A stretch of DNA of 64,000 nucleotides from Dehalococcoidia bacterium (GCA_965197795.1 OZ240228.1:1529898-1593897); one strand, 5' to 3'. Shown: positions 38,361 to 48,772, counted from the first letter of the stretch. Translations and numbers: made by a program. Notes: generated by a model not told the origin, from the letters alone.

Positions 38361-39270
38361 CAGCGTGATTCCGTCCCGGCATACTCGGCTGCAAGCCGCA
38401 GCCAACCCTCCAGCGGCACGTCCTGCGGACGCAACGTCGGTTCCAGGCCTGCCGCCTCGATCAGCTCGGTGGCCTCCGCAGCCGGGATGCCGAGACCCTG
38501 CGAGAGCGTGTTGCGCAGCTGCTTCCTCGGCGCCCTGAACCCGGCGCGGACCGTCCGGAAGAACTGCTCACGCTGCTCCGGCGCGATCAACGGCTCCTCG
38601 AGCGCATCGAGCCGGATCACACTCGACGTGACGCGGGGTGGTGGGTAGAAGGCGCGCGGCGGCACGTTAAACAGCTTTCGCGCCCTGGCGTAGACCTGCA
38701 CGGAGACACCTAGCAGACTCATCCTCCCAGGCGCCGCCGCGATCGAGTCTGCCACCTCTCGCTGCAGCATGGCGACGATACTGCGTGGCGGCGATTCGGC
38801 TTCGAGAAAGTGCCGTAGGATCGCGGCTCCAGCGTTGTACGGTAGGTTTCCTACCACGGAGTAAGGCGTCTCATCCTGTAACCCCACCTCAGTCAGGATC
38901 GACCCCGGCGTCAGCCTGAGCACGTCGTGCTCGAGCACCGTTACGTTGTCCTGCGCTAAGAAGCGCTGCCTCAGGCGCTGCGCTAGGTTGGCGTCGATCT
39001 CGACCGCGATGAGGCGTCCCGCGGTCTCGACGATCCGCTCAGTAAGCACACCGAGCCCCGGTCCGATTTCGATGACGGTATCGTCCGGCCCGCAGTCGCT
39101 TGCTGCCACGATACGACCGACCACGCCGTAGTCGCGCAAGAAATGCTGCCCCAGCGATTTCGCGGGCCTGACGCCGGCAGCTCTGACCTCGCGCGGTCTA
39201 CTGGGTCGAGATGAACGGCTGCGAGCGCGAAGCCCGGCGAAAGGAGCGCTACTCCAGGATGAAAACGTCA
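38360..39270 (-). CDS. rsmA: 16S rRNA (adenine1518-N6/adenine1519-N6)-dimethyltransferase
   Basis: LGQHFLRD, VIEIGPGLGVLTE, LPYN motifs. Start uncertain: there is no ATG/GTG between the upstream gene's end and the conserved core, and an in-frame TTG near 39270 is the best candidate. The ORF-track ATG at 39343 lies inside the upstream gene. Confidence 0.75.
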
Positions 39271-40799
39271 ACCCAACCCGTGTGCCAGTCGACGGCGACG
39301 CCGTCCGGATAGCCCATGTCGATCCTGTCGCCGATGATGCCACCGCCCGTGTCTCCCGCCACAGCGAAGCCGTAGCCAGGAACGTAGAGGCGCGTGCCCA
39401 GAGGGATCACGTTCGGGTCCACCGCCACGATGCCCTTGGTCAGCGGAACGCCAGATCGAGTGATGCCGTACGCGGGGTGTGTGGCCGGCTTACCTGAACT
39501 GGCAGCGTTGTACCACGTCGCGTACATGCGCATCGTGCTCGCAACCTTCAGATTGTCCGCTGCGTCGGTCGAATTGACCGCCGAAGCCGAGTAGTAGATC
39601 ACGGTATTAACCGGCTCGGGATCGAAGGACTCGGCGACAAATACGCGCTCGATTTCGACACCGTCCTCGATAACGATCTCGTACTCCATGATACGCACGC
39701 CGTCGTGACCCTCGATGCGGCGAGTCTGAGGACCGGTCAGCGAATCGTCAGGGCTGAATACTGTTATGTGGATCACGTCCTCGCGTTCGAAGAACGCCTG
39801 ACCCGTCACGCGCACAATCCTCGCGACCATATCGTTGGTCACGGCGACACTCAGCGCCGGTTCTACGCGGTCGTCCGGTCCGAACCTGTAGCCGGCTTCG
39901 AGCAAGGCTGCTTCCAGCGTCTCTGCCTGGGAGTAGATGACCTGTGATTGCTCACCCAAGCGCAAGTGGATCGCCTTGGCATGGCTGACCTCGATCTGCA
40001 TGCCTGCGTTCAGTCCCGTGGCTTCCGGCGGGAACACCTTGTCGGCGGGACCCAGGCTAATTCCAACCTCGATCAGGACGTCTTTTACGGTCTCGACGCT
40101 GGTCTGTAGCGTCACGGGACGGCCGTCCTCGACCAGGGTCACAGGCACGGCGCGCTTGATGTCAATGATGATGCCCTGCACGTCCCCCGGGGTCTCGTTG
40201 TAGATACCAAAGCTGCCTAGAGATGAGGTGTTGATCGGCGTCGGGTAGATGGGATCGGTAACCGCGACGCGCAGGCCGTTGTAGTAAATCGCGTCGTGCG
40301 GACTGACATCGATTCGGAGCTCGCGCAGAAGACCTTCGACGCTAATCGCGCGCGTGCGCCAAGCCATCGTCACCCCATCGAACTCGACGACGACCGGGAT
40401 GGCGCGTTCGACCGTGATCCCGTTGCTGGAGACCACAAATACATCGCCCGGGTCGCGATCGACGCCCGCCGAACCCAGTAGCGTCGCGATGTCCTGCTGC
40501 CGGCTCACCACCGTTATTGCCCTGCCGTCCGCCTGCACCAGCAGTTCGCGGGGTGGAAAGACCAGAAACGCCAGCATTCCGGCAATGGCCAGCGTGGCTA
40601 TCAAGGCCAGGCGGAGACGGGCGCGTGTCGTATTGAGGTGCCGGACTTCGACGTTGGGAAAACGAGATAGAGGACGAGCCCCGGCACGCAGGCGCAAGCT
40701 TGGTAGCCAGTACGCCAAACGCTCCCTCCTTGGACTTGGTCCCGGTCTCAGAGCGTCTCGCCCTGAGTTGGTCGTGCACCCGCTGTCGATCCGGTTCAC
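39249..40799 (-). CDS. YabE-like cell-wall protein (N-terminal TM, DUF348/G5-like repeats, C-terminal 3D domain)
   Basis: GTG start. The C-terminus (MYATWYNAASSGKPATHPAYGITRSGVPLTKGIVAVDPNVIPLGTRLYVPGYGFAVAGDTGGGIIGDRIDMGY) is a 3D/RlpA-like domain. Confidence 0.8.
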   Translation of the reverse strand: MNRIDSGCTTNSGRDALRPGPSPRRERLAYWLPSLRLRAGARPLSRFPNVEVRHLNTTRARLRLALIATLAIAGMLAFLVFPPRELLVQADGRAITVVSRQQDIATLLGSAGVDRDPGDVFVVSSNGITVERAIPVVVEFDGVTMAWRTRAISVEGLLRELRIDVSPHDAIYYNGLRVAVTDPIYPTPINTSSLGSFGIYNETPGDVQGIIIDIKRAVPVTLVEDGRPVTLQTSVETVKDVLIEVGISLGPADKVFPPEATGLNAGMQIEVSHAKAIHLRLGEQSQVIYSQAETLEAALLEAGYRFGPDDRVEPALSVAVTNDMVARIVRVTGQAFFEREDVIHITVFSPDDSLTGPQTRRIEGHDGVRIMEYEIVIEDGVEIERVFVAESFDPEPVNTVIYYSASAVNSTDAADNLKVASTMRMYATWYNAASSGKPATHPAYGITRSGVPLTKGIVAVDPNVIPLGTRLYVPGYGFAVAGDTGGGIIGDRIDMGYPDGVAVDWHTGWVDVFILE

Positions 40800-40859
40800 T
40801 GGCTTGCCGCCGCTCGACAGCTCAGGCCAGGTTTTCCTACGGCGCCCGAAGATGTCTAC

Positions 40860-41045
40860 TTACCGCTGCTTCCTTCCGGATCTGACGGGGTTCAGCAGTT
40901 CCTCGCCGCGTAGGGCCAAGCCATCAACACCGCGTAGTTTTGGCAGTCCCCGTTAGCCAGACCTCGAGCGGGAATTCGACCCCGCTATAGCGGGTTGCGG
41001 GTACAGGGCACCGCTAGCTCCCCGTCTAGCACGACCGTGCGAATC
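40860..41045 (-). ncRNA. candidate ydaO-type (cyclic-di-AMP) riboswitch in the 5' leader of the YabE-like gene
   Basis: The minus-strand leader contains GACGGGGAGC, GCGGGGUCGAAUUCCCGC (compare ACGGGGUGAAUCC), AACGGGGACUGCC and AACCCCGUCAGAUCCGGAAGGAAGCAGC (compare CACCC..CCCGAAGGAAC). It is preceded by TTGACC...GATAGGAT promoter-like sequence near 41050-41075. By-eye match only. Confidence 0.35.
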
Positions 41046-41094
41046 CTATCACAAGCACGTCTGCCTGGGTCAAGGAATCGGCGTTGCGGAAACG

Positions 41095-41499
41095 CTACGA
41101 CTGACCTGTGCTGCGTAGTTCGCGCATCGCGCGCAGCGCGACGTGGTGGCCAAGCGTGAAGATCAGCAGCGCACCCAGGACGTGCATGGACCCGAGGAAC
41201 TCATCCTCGAACTCGGTAACCCAGAAAGGCTGAACCAGCGACAGGATCGCCAACGCCAAGGCCAGGAACAACGTCACGCGCCCCACCTTGGCCAGGTAGG
41301 CAACGATCAGGATCAAGACGGGCGTGGCGTGCAACGCGGCCCAGCCGAATCCCCGATGCAGCTCCCAATCTTCACCCCCCAGCAACGCCAGGCCGGCGAA
41401 GAAGAACTGCAGCACCACGCCCAGCAGGAATAGCAATGACACGATAACCAGGATCCGTCTGGCAGCCAGCAACCTCGCCTCCCTACCCTGGGGCCACAT
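41095..41499 (-). CDS. hypothetical membrane protein (4 TM)
   Basis: ORF with hydrophobic helices. Overlaps the hydrolase stop by 17 nt, so the start may be further downstream. Confidence 0.5.
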   Translation of the reverse strand: MWPQGREARLLAARRILVIVSLLFLLGVVLQFFFAGLALLGGEDWELHRGFGWAALHATPVLILIVAYLAKVGRVTLFLALALAILSLVQPFWVTEFEDEFLGSMHVLGALLIFTLGHHVALRAMRELRSTGQS

Positions 41500-42307
41500 T
41501 GGCCCGTAGCCAATCGTCGACTCGGGGAGCCGTGGCGGCCACGGCTGCGCCGTGACAAACGATACCCCAATGGCCCGTCTGTGGCACGGCCAACGCGTCG
41601 CCTGCCAGGTATATCGCCAGGCTTCGATGGTACTCAGGCGCGAAGTTCGCGTCCTGTTCCCCGAACACGACCAACGATGGCGCCTTCACGGCTCCGGGCT
41701 CCAAGGACACGCCGCGTCGCCGCTGCCTTCGGGCCATGCCGCTCTCCTCGGTGCCGCGCACCCGCTCGAGCACACCGTGAGCTTCGTCCTCGCTGAGATC
41801 GTGCAAAGCTTGACGTGAGGCGGCAGGGTCGTCCGGATGCAGTCCGTACACCTCCGGGCCGAACGGCCCGGAGGGCGTCGACCGTACAACCTCGGGGTCA
41901 GCGCGACCAGTCACCTCGGCGGGTGGGCTCGGCGCGAAGAGCAGCAGTCCTGGAACCTCTGGTTGGTTTGCGCCGTACATCATCGCCACCAGGCCGCCCA
42001 TAGCCCAACCGCCGACGATCGGCTGGCGCCCCCGCGCCTGGGCGATCTGGTCTGCCACCGATTCGACGTCCGCGACGTAATCCTGCATCGTGATGATAGA
42101 GAAATCGACCGGTAAACTGTGGCCGTGACCGCGCAAATCGAGCACGTTGACTTCCCAGCCAAGGGTGCCCAGGTGCTCCCGCCAGAGGTCCCAGATCCAG
42201 GCTGCGGTGATGCCGCCGTGTACCAGTAAGATCGACGGATACGCCACGTCTTGCTCCCGATCTTTCATCGAATAAGGCACGTCTATCTGACCGCTGATTT
42301 CGTACAA
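41483..42307 (-). CDS. alpha/beta hydrolase fold protein
   Basis: ILLVHGG...HGHS nucleophile-elbow pattern (GWAMGG). Confidence 0.8.
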   Translation of the reverse strand: MYEISGQIDVPYSMKDREQDVAYPSILLVHGGITAAWIWDLWREHLGTLGWEVNVLDLRGHGHSLPVDFSIITMQDYVADVESVADQIAQARGRQPIVGGWAMGGLVAMMYGANQPEVPGLLLFAPSPPAEVTGRADPEVVRSTPSGPFGPEVYGLHPDDPAASRQALHDLSEDEAHGVLERVRGTEESGMARRQRRRGVSLEPGAVKAPSLVVFGEQDANFAPEYHRSLAIYLAGDALAVPQTGHWGIVCHGAAVAATAPRVDDWLRANVAPG

Positions 42308-42483
42308 CTCTCAGGCGAATCCGGGTAGTGGGTCAGTTTGAGGCTGGAGGGCTTCGGCTTCTGCTGCTTGCTAGGAGTAGGCATCATACCCTTAATGCCA
42401 TTAGGACGGGTGTTTGAGTTGTGTAGCGTTGTCGTTAGTACCTATACTCCCCCTAGTCAAACCTTGCACATGGAGAAGGAAAC

Positions 42484-43825
42484 ATGAGCACGGCTAACCG
42501 ACTCTACTTTGGCGACTGCCTCGACGTGATGCGGGAGAATCTCCCCAGTGAGTCCGTGGACCTTATCTATCTAGACCCACCATTCAACTCCAAGCGGCTC
42601 TACAACGCCTTTATAGGTGGAGCGCAGTGGGTAGCTTTTGACGACACCTGGCGTTGGCATGAGGCCGTGGACGATTTTCACGAGGTTGCAAGGCTACCTA
42701 GCTATGCTGGCCTCATGGAAGGATTGCGGTCGATGCTGGGAGAAGGACCGCAGTTAGCCTATCTGTCCTACATGGCTAACCGCCTGCTTGAGTGTCGCCG
42801 GGTACTCAAGCCAACCGAGTCTATCTACCTGCATTGCGATCCGACAATGAGCCACTACCTCAAGGCCGTTATGGACGGGCTGTTTGAGCGTCGTAACTTC
42901 ACTAATGAGGTTGTCTGGCATTATCGCAAGTGGTCAGCAGGTAAGTACACATTCCAGCGGAACCATGACGTTATTCTGTTCTACACAAAAACCTCAACTC
43001 GTGAGCGTGTCTTTAATCAGCAGTTTATGCCTCGGGCAGAATCAACTCTCAAACGTTTTGGCAAGGCCAAAATCGTATCTGGCTACGATGAAATGGGCCA
43101 ACGATTACCTTCTCAAGTTGAAGATAAAGAATCTGAAGGGGTACACCAAGACGACGTATGGGACATCAATCGAGTGCCACCTGTTCAACAGTTATACCCC
43201 ACACAAAAGCCCATATCTCTATTAGAGCGGATCATCCAAGCAAGCTCCAACCCTGGCGATGTAGTCCTTGACCCGTTTTGCGGATGCGGGACAGCGATTC
43301 ACGCGGCACAGAACCTTGACCGACACTGGATCGGAATAGACATTTGCGTCAACGCCTGCAAGGTTATCGAAGAACGCATTAAGGGCCACTTTGACAGCCT
43401 GTGGTCTGAGGTGGAATTCGTAGGACTGCCCAAGACCCGCGACGATGCTCAGTTTATGGCTTCCAGCAACCCGTTCCGCTTTGAGCGCTGGGCAGCCTCC
43501 CTTGTGGACGGCATGGAGGCCAACAAGAAGCAACGGGGGGGACAGCGGGATAGACGGCTGGGGGCGCATTCCGGTGAAGACGGGTGAGTTCATAGACGTG
43601 GTCTCACAAGTCAAGGGTGGAACGACCAGCCCGGGACACGTCCAGGCGTTCAACGGGGCGCGGCAACAAGCCGGAGCGGACCTGGGAGTGTTCACCTGCT
43701 TTGAAGGCCGCGTGACCACGGGAATGCGCAACACTGGTTTATTCATGGATGCGCCAGTAGTCCAGATTTACACCGTGGAAGACTACTTTGAAGGCCGTAG
43801 ACCCAAGCTGCCATTAGCGGTATAG
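42484..43825 (+). CDS. beta-class N6A/N4C DNA methyltransferase fused to C-terminal Mrr-like (PD-(D/E)xK) domain; frame broken at a G7 tract. As sequenced, MTase-only product ends at 43587
   Basis: Motif IV IYLDPPFNS is N-terminal and motif I VLDPFCGCGTAIHAA is C-terminal, the beta-class order. In frame +1 from 43536 the sequence continues ...DSGIDGWGRIPVKTGEFIDVVSQVKGG...GADLGVFTCFEGRVTTGMRN, which resembles the Mrr catalytic domain. Removing one G from GGGGGGG (43535-43541) would give a continuous ~447-aa fusion. Local GC ~50%. Confidence 0.7.
43535..43541 (+). repeat. G7 homopolymer at the MTase / Mrr-domain junction (possible slipped-strand switch or sequencing error)
   Basis: Seven consecutive G exactly at the point of the reading-frame change. 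Confidence 0.9.
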
Positions 43826-44027
43826 CCGATGCCATGTCCCGTCTATCTTGCTTGCCCAGGTTCAGCGGGAAAAGTTGGCGGCGTCAAAATGACCCACTAC
43901 CCGAATCCGGGGCTTGTTGACACCACTTATGCCCTATGCTACGTTGCCGCCGCTGGCGGCCCCTTCGGGGGATTCGCTGTATTATGGATGTTGGGATTGC
44001 TGGCGACGCCTACTCGTTGGTGTTCAT

Positions 44028-44103
44028 GGGCCGCTAGCTCAAATGGAAGAGCAGGTGACTCTTAATCACCCGGTTCCCGGTTCGAGTCCGGGGCGGCTCA
44101 CCA
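44028..44103 (+). tRNA. tRNA-Lys (anticodon CTT)
   Basis: Cloverleaf folded by hand: acceptor GGGCCGC/GCGGCTC, D arm GCTC...GAGC, anticodon stem GGTGA/TCACC with loop CTCTTAA, T arm CCCGG-TTCGAGT-CCGGG, encoded CCA. Confidence 0.85.
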
Positions 44104-44137
44104 AGACTAGCAACAAGCCGGTGAAATATGCCGGCGA

Positions 44138-44222
44138 GGGGAAGTGTCGGAATTGGTAGACGAGCATGACTTAGGATCATGTGCCGCGAGGCGTAGGAGT
44201 TCGAGTCTCCTCTTCCCCACCA
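44138..44222 (+). tRNA. tRNA-Leu (anticodon TAG), type II with long variable arm
   Basis: Acceptor GGGGAAG/CTTCCCC, anticodon stem CATGA/TCATG with loop CTTAGGA, 13-nt variable arm, T arm AGGAG-TTCGAGT-CTCCT, encoded CCA. Confidence 0.85.
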
Positions 44223-44307
44223 CCTCGCATTCAGTCGGCTTAGGGGCCGCGGGAGCTACTCAGCCTGCGGCGCGTACGAAACTCCTTAACGGGATGAAGG
44301 GGGAGTA

Positions 44308-45306
44308 ATGCCGCCACTGCTGCAGGTTAAGGACTTAAGGACCTACTTCTACACCGAAGAAGGTCTGGTCAAGGCCGTAGATGGAGTCACGTATGACGTC
44401 CAGGAAGGCGAAACCCTCGGCCTGGTCGGCGAGAGCGGTTGCGGCAAGAGCATCAGCGCCCTCTCTCTGCTCAAGCTGATCCCGGTCCCGCCCGGCCGCA
44501 TCGTTTCTGGCGAGGTCCTCTTCGAAGGCGACGACCTCCTCAAGCTCGACGAATCCCAGATCCGCAAGATCCGCGGCAACCGCATTTCGATGGTGTTCCA
44601 GGAGCCGATGACTTCACTGAACCCGGTCCTCACCATCGGCAAGCAAATGACCGAAGCGCTTGAGCTGCACCTCAAGCTGGACCGTAAGGCGGCGAACGCA
44701 CGTGCCGTCCAGCTGCTCGAGATGGTCGGGGTCGCCGAGGCCGGGCGTCGCATCACGGACTATCCGCACCAATTCTCCGGCGGCATGCGACAGCGGGTCA
44801 TGATCGCCATGGCCATGGCATGCAACCCGAGGCTTCTCATCGCCGACGAGCCCACGACGGCGCTCGACGTCACGATTCAGGCGCAGGTCCTCGAAGTCAT
44901 GGCGCGTCTTAGCCACGAGTTCGGCACGGCGGTCATCATCATCACCCACAACCTCGGCGTCGTCGCCCGTTACGCCGACCGCGTCAACGTCATGTACGCG
45001 GGCAGGATCATCGAGACCTCCACCGCCGAGAACGTCTACGGTGACCCGCGACATCCCTACACCCTGGGATTGCTGCGCTCCGTACCGCGCCTCGACCAGG
45101 GAATGGGCGAGAAACTAATCCCAATCGAAGGTCTGCCACCGGATCTGGGGCATCTGCCGGAAGGCTGCACCTTCTATCCGCGCTGCACCTTCCGCATCGA
45201 TAAGTGCCGCGAGGAGTATCCGCCGCTGGTGCTTGTCGCTGAGAATCATTATGCCGCCTGCTGGGTGGACGTGACGGAGCAGAAGGGGGCCGAGAATGGT
45301 AACTGA
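44308..45306 (+). CDS. oligopeptide/dipeptide ABC transporter ATP-binding protein (OppD/DppD-like)
   Basis: [23 protein letters not shown]-terminal oligopeptide-ABC extension (CTFYPRC...C). Confidence 0.9.
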   Translation: MPPLLQVKDLRTYFYTEEGLVKAVDGVTYDVQEGETLGLVGESGCGKSISALSLLKLIPVPPGRIVSGEVLFEGDDLLKLDESQIRKIRGNRISMVFQEPMTSLNPVLTIGKQMTEALELHLKLDRKAANARAVQLLEMVGVAEAGRRITDYPHQFSGGMRQRVMIAMAMACNPRLLIADEPTTALDVTIQAQVLEVMARLSHEFGTAVIIITHNLGVVARYADRVNVMYAGRIIETSTAENVYGDPRHPYTLGLLRSVPRLDQGMGEKLIPIEGLPPDLGHLPEGCTFYPRCTFRIDKCREEYPPLVLVAENHYAACWVDVTEQKGAENGN

Positions 45307-46315
45307 GACGGCAGGAGCACCGGGCGGCGGGACGCAGGCTTCAGAGGATCTCCTACTCGACTTACAGGACCTGCAGGTCCACTTCCCGGTCATGGCCGGC
45401 TTCATCGTTTCGCGCAGAGTCGCGGAGAACAAAGCGGTGGACGGAATCACGTTCAACGTCAAGCGCGGCGAGACCGTCGGCCTTGTCGGCGAAAGTGGCT
45501 GCGGCAAGTCAACCACCGGTCGCGCGATCCTTCAGCTCTATAAGCCTACCAGCGGCCGCGTCCTCTTCGACGGCAGGGACATGGCTGAACTGCATGGTGA
45601 AGAGCTGCGGCGGACTCGCCGCCGAATGCAGATGATTTTTCAGGACCCCTACGCTTCCTTGAATCCTCGCATGTCGATTCGCGACATCGTTGGTGAGCCG
45701 CTGATGATTCACAAACTCGGCACCTCTGCCGAGCGACGCGAACGGGTCGCCGAGTTGATGCGCATCGTCGGCCTCAACCCGTACTACGCGACGCGCTTCC
45801 CGCACGAGTTCTCTGGCGGCCAGCGACAGCGCATCGGCATCGCCCGAGCACTGGCCGTCTCGCCTGACTTCATCGTCTGTGACGAGCCCGTGTCTGCTCT
45901 CGATGTATCGATTCAGGCTCAGATCATCAACCTGCTGGAGGAACTGCAGGAGCAGTTCGGCCTGACGTATCTCTTCATAGCCCACGATCTTGCTGTCGTT
46001 CGCCACATCAGCGACCGCGTCGCGGTGATGTATCTCGGTAAGCTGATGGAGTTGTCAGACCGCAACGAGATCTACGACAACCCGCTGCACCCCTACACCA
46101 AGGCACTTCTCTCAGCCGTGCCGATTCCCGACCCGGTTATGGAGCGCAAGCGTGAACGGATCATTCTTACCGGTGACGTTCCCAGCTCCCTGCGTCCGCC
46201 GCGCGGCTGCGTCTTCCACACCCGTTGCCCGATCGCCATCGATGAATGTCGTGAAGTCATACCGGAGTGGCGTGAAGTACAGCCAGGCCACCGGGTAGCC
46301 TGCCATCGGGTCTAG
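45296..46315 (+). CDS. oligopeptide/dipeptide ABC transporter ATP-binding protein (OppF/DppF-like)
   Basis: [25 protein letters not shown]-terminal Cys motif ([14 protein letters not shown]). Confidence 0.9.
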   Translation: MVTETAGAPGGGTQASEDLLLDLQDLQVHFPVMAGFIVSRRVAENKAVDGITFNVKRGETVGLVGESGCGKSTTGRAILQLYKPTSGRVLFDGRDMAELHGEELRRTRRRMQMIFQDPYASLNPRMSIRDIVGEPLMIHKLGTSAERRERVAELMRIVGLNPYYATRFPHEFSGGQRQRIGIARALAVSPDFIVCDEPVSALDVSIQAQIINLLEELQEQFGLTYLFIAHDLAVVRHISDRVAVMYLGKLMELSDRNEIYDNPLHPYTKALLSAVPIPDPVMERKRERIILTGDVPSSLRPPRGCVFHTRCPIAIDECREVIPEWREVQPGHRVACHRV

Positions 46316-46357
46316 CTGCTTCGCTCCGGCAAGCCAACGAAAGCGACTCCGCCGTCC

Positions 46358-47185
46358 GTGAGTGACATCCATACCTTCGATCCCTTCGCCAAGGAGCCGG
46401 CGTACATCCGCGTCAATGAACGGCTCATTGACCGCGTGATGAAGCACCTCGCGGGCGCCAGGACCATCCGGCTGCTTGAGGTGGCCGCGGGCACCGGCCT
46501 GCCCACGGCGCTGATGTACAAGCGAGCCCGGGAGACCGGCGTCAAGCTCGTCGCCACGCTCCTCGATCTCGACCTGCCTGCCCTTTATCAGGCCAAGATC
46601 GAGGTCGACGAAGACAACGCGAACTATGTCTACGGCTCCGCCTACGCGCTCCCCTTCGGCGAGCAAGGCTACGACGCGGTGTTCTTCGCCAACGGTCTGC
46701 ACTTGCTGGACGCTGAGGCCAAACGAGATGCGCTCAAGGAAAGCAACCGCGTACTCAAACCCGGCGGGCTTTTCGCCATGAACACCACGTTTTACGACGG
46801 CGCCTACCCGGAGGAGAGCAAGCCCTTCTACGGCCGCTGGATCCGTCGCTCGATCGTCGAGATCAACCAACGTCTTCCGGGCCGCGATAAGAGCGAGAAG
46901 GTTCAAGCTATGGAGTTCCTCACGGCCGACAACTATCGCGACCTGGTCAACGAAGCCGGCTTCGAGATCGTCGAATCGCGCGAGCGCCGCGTCATGCTAA
47001 GCCAGGCCGCGGTGCGTGCCATCAGCTCCTACAAGGACTTCGCGATGGGCGCTCTGCACGCAACCGAGGAAGACGCTGAGCAGGCCGCCGGATCGCTTCA
47101 GGCTACGGTACGTCAGACCTTCCACGACCTGCAGATGAAGTACCTGCCGCGCACCTGGCTGGAGATCGTTGCAGTCAAGGCCTGA
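46358..47185 (+). CDS. class I SAM-dependent methyltransferase
   Basis: GTG start. LLEVAAGTG motif I; LKPGGLFAM. Confidence 0.7.
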   Translation: MSDIHTFDPFAKEPAYIRVNERLIDRVMKHLAGARTIRLLEVAAGTGLPTALMYKRARETGVKLVATLLDLDLPALYQAKIEVDEDNANYVYGSAYALPFGEQGYDAVFFANGLHLLDAEAKRDALKESNRVLKPGGLFAMNTTFYDGAYPEESKPFYGRWIRRSIVEINQRLPGRDKSEKVQAMEFLTADNYRDLVNEAGFEIVESRERRVMLSQAAVRAISSYKDFAMGALHATEEDAEQAAGSLQATVRQTFHDLQMKYLPRTWLEIVAVKA

Positions 47186-47278
47186 GGCGCTTTTGCTGGT
47201 ATTCCTCGCCGCCGCTTCATAGGACTTCCTTAACGCGTCCTTAAGCACCTCGTAAGAACGATCCACTATCCTGAGTTC

Positions 47279-48706
47279 ATGAAGTTGCTGCGCTTTGCCG
47301 TTCTGCCCGCCGTGGCGTTGCTGGTAGCCTGCGGTGGCCAGGACACGCCCGGCTCCGCTTCGTCTGGGGGCGCCGCCACGGCCGTCCCCACGCTTGGCAT
47401 TGCCGAAGTTCTTCCCGCCGACCTCGTCTACTGGGACAACCTCTTCGATAACCTCGGCGGCCCCGGCGCCCGCCACGAAGCCGCGCTTGCAGCGATCGGC
47501 GCCGCGGCCCAGGACGACGATGCTTACCGCGCCTTCCTCATCGACCTTGCGCTCTATCCATCGCCTTACCGCGACCAGGCTTGGGATGCGCTCGACACCG
47601 GTGAGGAGTTCTCCAGCAGCGCCGTCCTGGCCCTCTTCGGCGACCTCGGCTCCGCCACGCCGGAGGATGACCTGTCATCTTATGTCGACTTCAAATCGCG
47701 GCTGCTCGGCTCGATCGATTCCGGTTTCGAAGGATTCCTCGACCCTGAGGCTGACCGACTGATCTCGGCTCAGGAGGTCATCTGGGGTGGAGTCCCGGTC
47801 GACGGAATCCCGCCGCTCCACGAGCCCGCTTTCGTCTCGGCCGAGGAAGCCGCCGACTGGATCCTGCCCTCCGACCTGATCATCGGCGCTGAGATCAACG
47901 GCGACGCTCGGGCCTATCCGCGCCGCATCATCGACTGGCACGAGATGGTCAACGACACCGTCGGCGGCGTGCCGGTCTCGCTCGCCTACTGCACGCTGTG
48001 CGGCTCCGCCATCCTCTACGACGGCCGCGCCGGCGACGAAGTGCTTCGCTTCGGCACCAGTGGCCTGCTCTACCGATCCAACAAGCTGATGTACGACACC
48101 ACTACGCGTACGCTCTGGGAGCAATACACTGGCGAACCGGTCTGGGGCGAGCTCGTCGGTTCCGGCGTGCGCCTCGAAGTGCTGCCGGTGGTCCACGTCA
48201 CCTGGGCCGAATGGCTTGCCGACCACCCCGACACCAGCGTTCTCGACATCGAGACCGGGTTCCGCCGCAACTACGACTCCGGCGTAGCCTACGCCGACTA
48301 CTGGGCCAGCTCCGACCTACGCTTTCCAGCGCCCGACGCTCAAGGCCCTCTCGCCCTCAAAGACGTCGTCTACACGATCCGGCTCGACGGCGAGACCGTC
48401 GCCTATCCGATCGATTTGCTGGCTGAGCGAGGCCTGATCCACGACGAGGTCGCGGGAACCAACGTTATCGTCGTCGCCAGCGAAGACGGCAAAGGCGGCC
48501 GCGCCTACGAGAGTAGCGACGTCAGCTTCACATCGCTGGTCTCAAATGGGGATGCGTTAGCTAGCTCCGACGGTCGCGAGTGGAGCATCACTGAAGACGC
48601 GCTGACCGCTTCCGATGGCGCCGAGCTCGCGCGGCTGCCGGGGCACAACAGCTTCTGGTTCGCCATCGTCAACCACACGACGAACTGGCGCCTCTACCAG
48701 GAGTAG
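47279..48706 (+). CDS. DUF3179-family lipoprotein
   Basis: Lipobox LLVACGG; conserved AYCTLCGS motif typical of DUF3179. Confidence 0.65.
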   Translation: MKLLRFAVLPAVALLVACGGQDTPGSASSGGAATAVPTLGIAEVLPADLVYWDNLFDNLGGPGARHEAALAAIGAAAQDDDAYRAFLIDLALYPSPYRDQAWDALDTGEEFSSSAVLALFGDLGSATPEDDLSSYVDFKSRLLGSIDSGFEGFLDPEADRLISAQEVIWGGVPVDGIPPLHEPAFVSAEEAADWILPSDLIIGAEINGDARAYPRRIIDWHEMVNDTVGGVPVSLAYCTLCGSAILYDGRAGDEVLRFGTSGLLYRSNKLMYDTTTRTLWEQYTGEPVWGELVGSGVRLEVLPVVHVTWAEWLADHPDTSVLDIETGFRRNYDSGVAYADYWASSDLRFPAPDAQGPLALKDVVYTIRLDGETVAYPIDLLAERGLIHDEVAGTNVIVVASEDGKGGRAYESSDVSFTSLVSNGDALASSDGREWSITEDALTASDGAELARLPGHNSFWFAIVNHTTNWRLYQE

Positions 48707-48772
48707 TCTTTGGGTCCAGGCTCGAAAGGCCCTCGGCTGGCACTCGGCGTCAGCTACTAAAGCGCCCCGGAT

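Noticed and set aside
39271-39343. ORF-track ATG start of ksgA at 39343
   Set aside because: It lies ~95 nt inside the upstream 3D-domain gene and precedes the conserved KsgA core by more than 55 residues of low-complexity sequence. A downstream TTG is more plausible.
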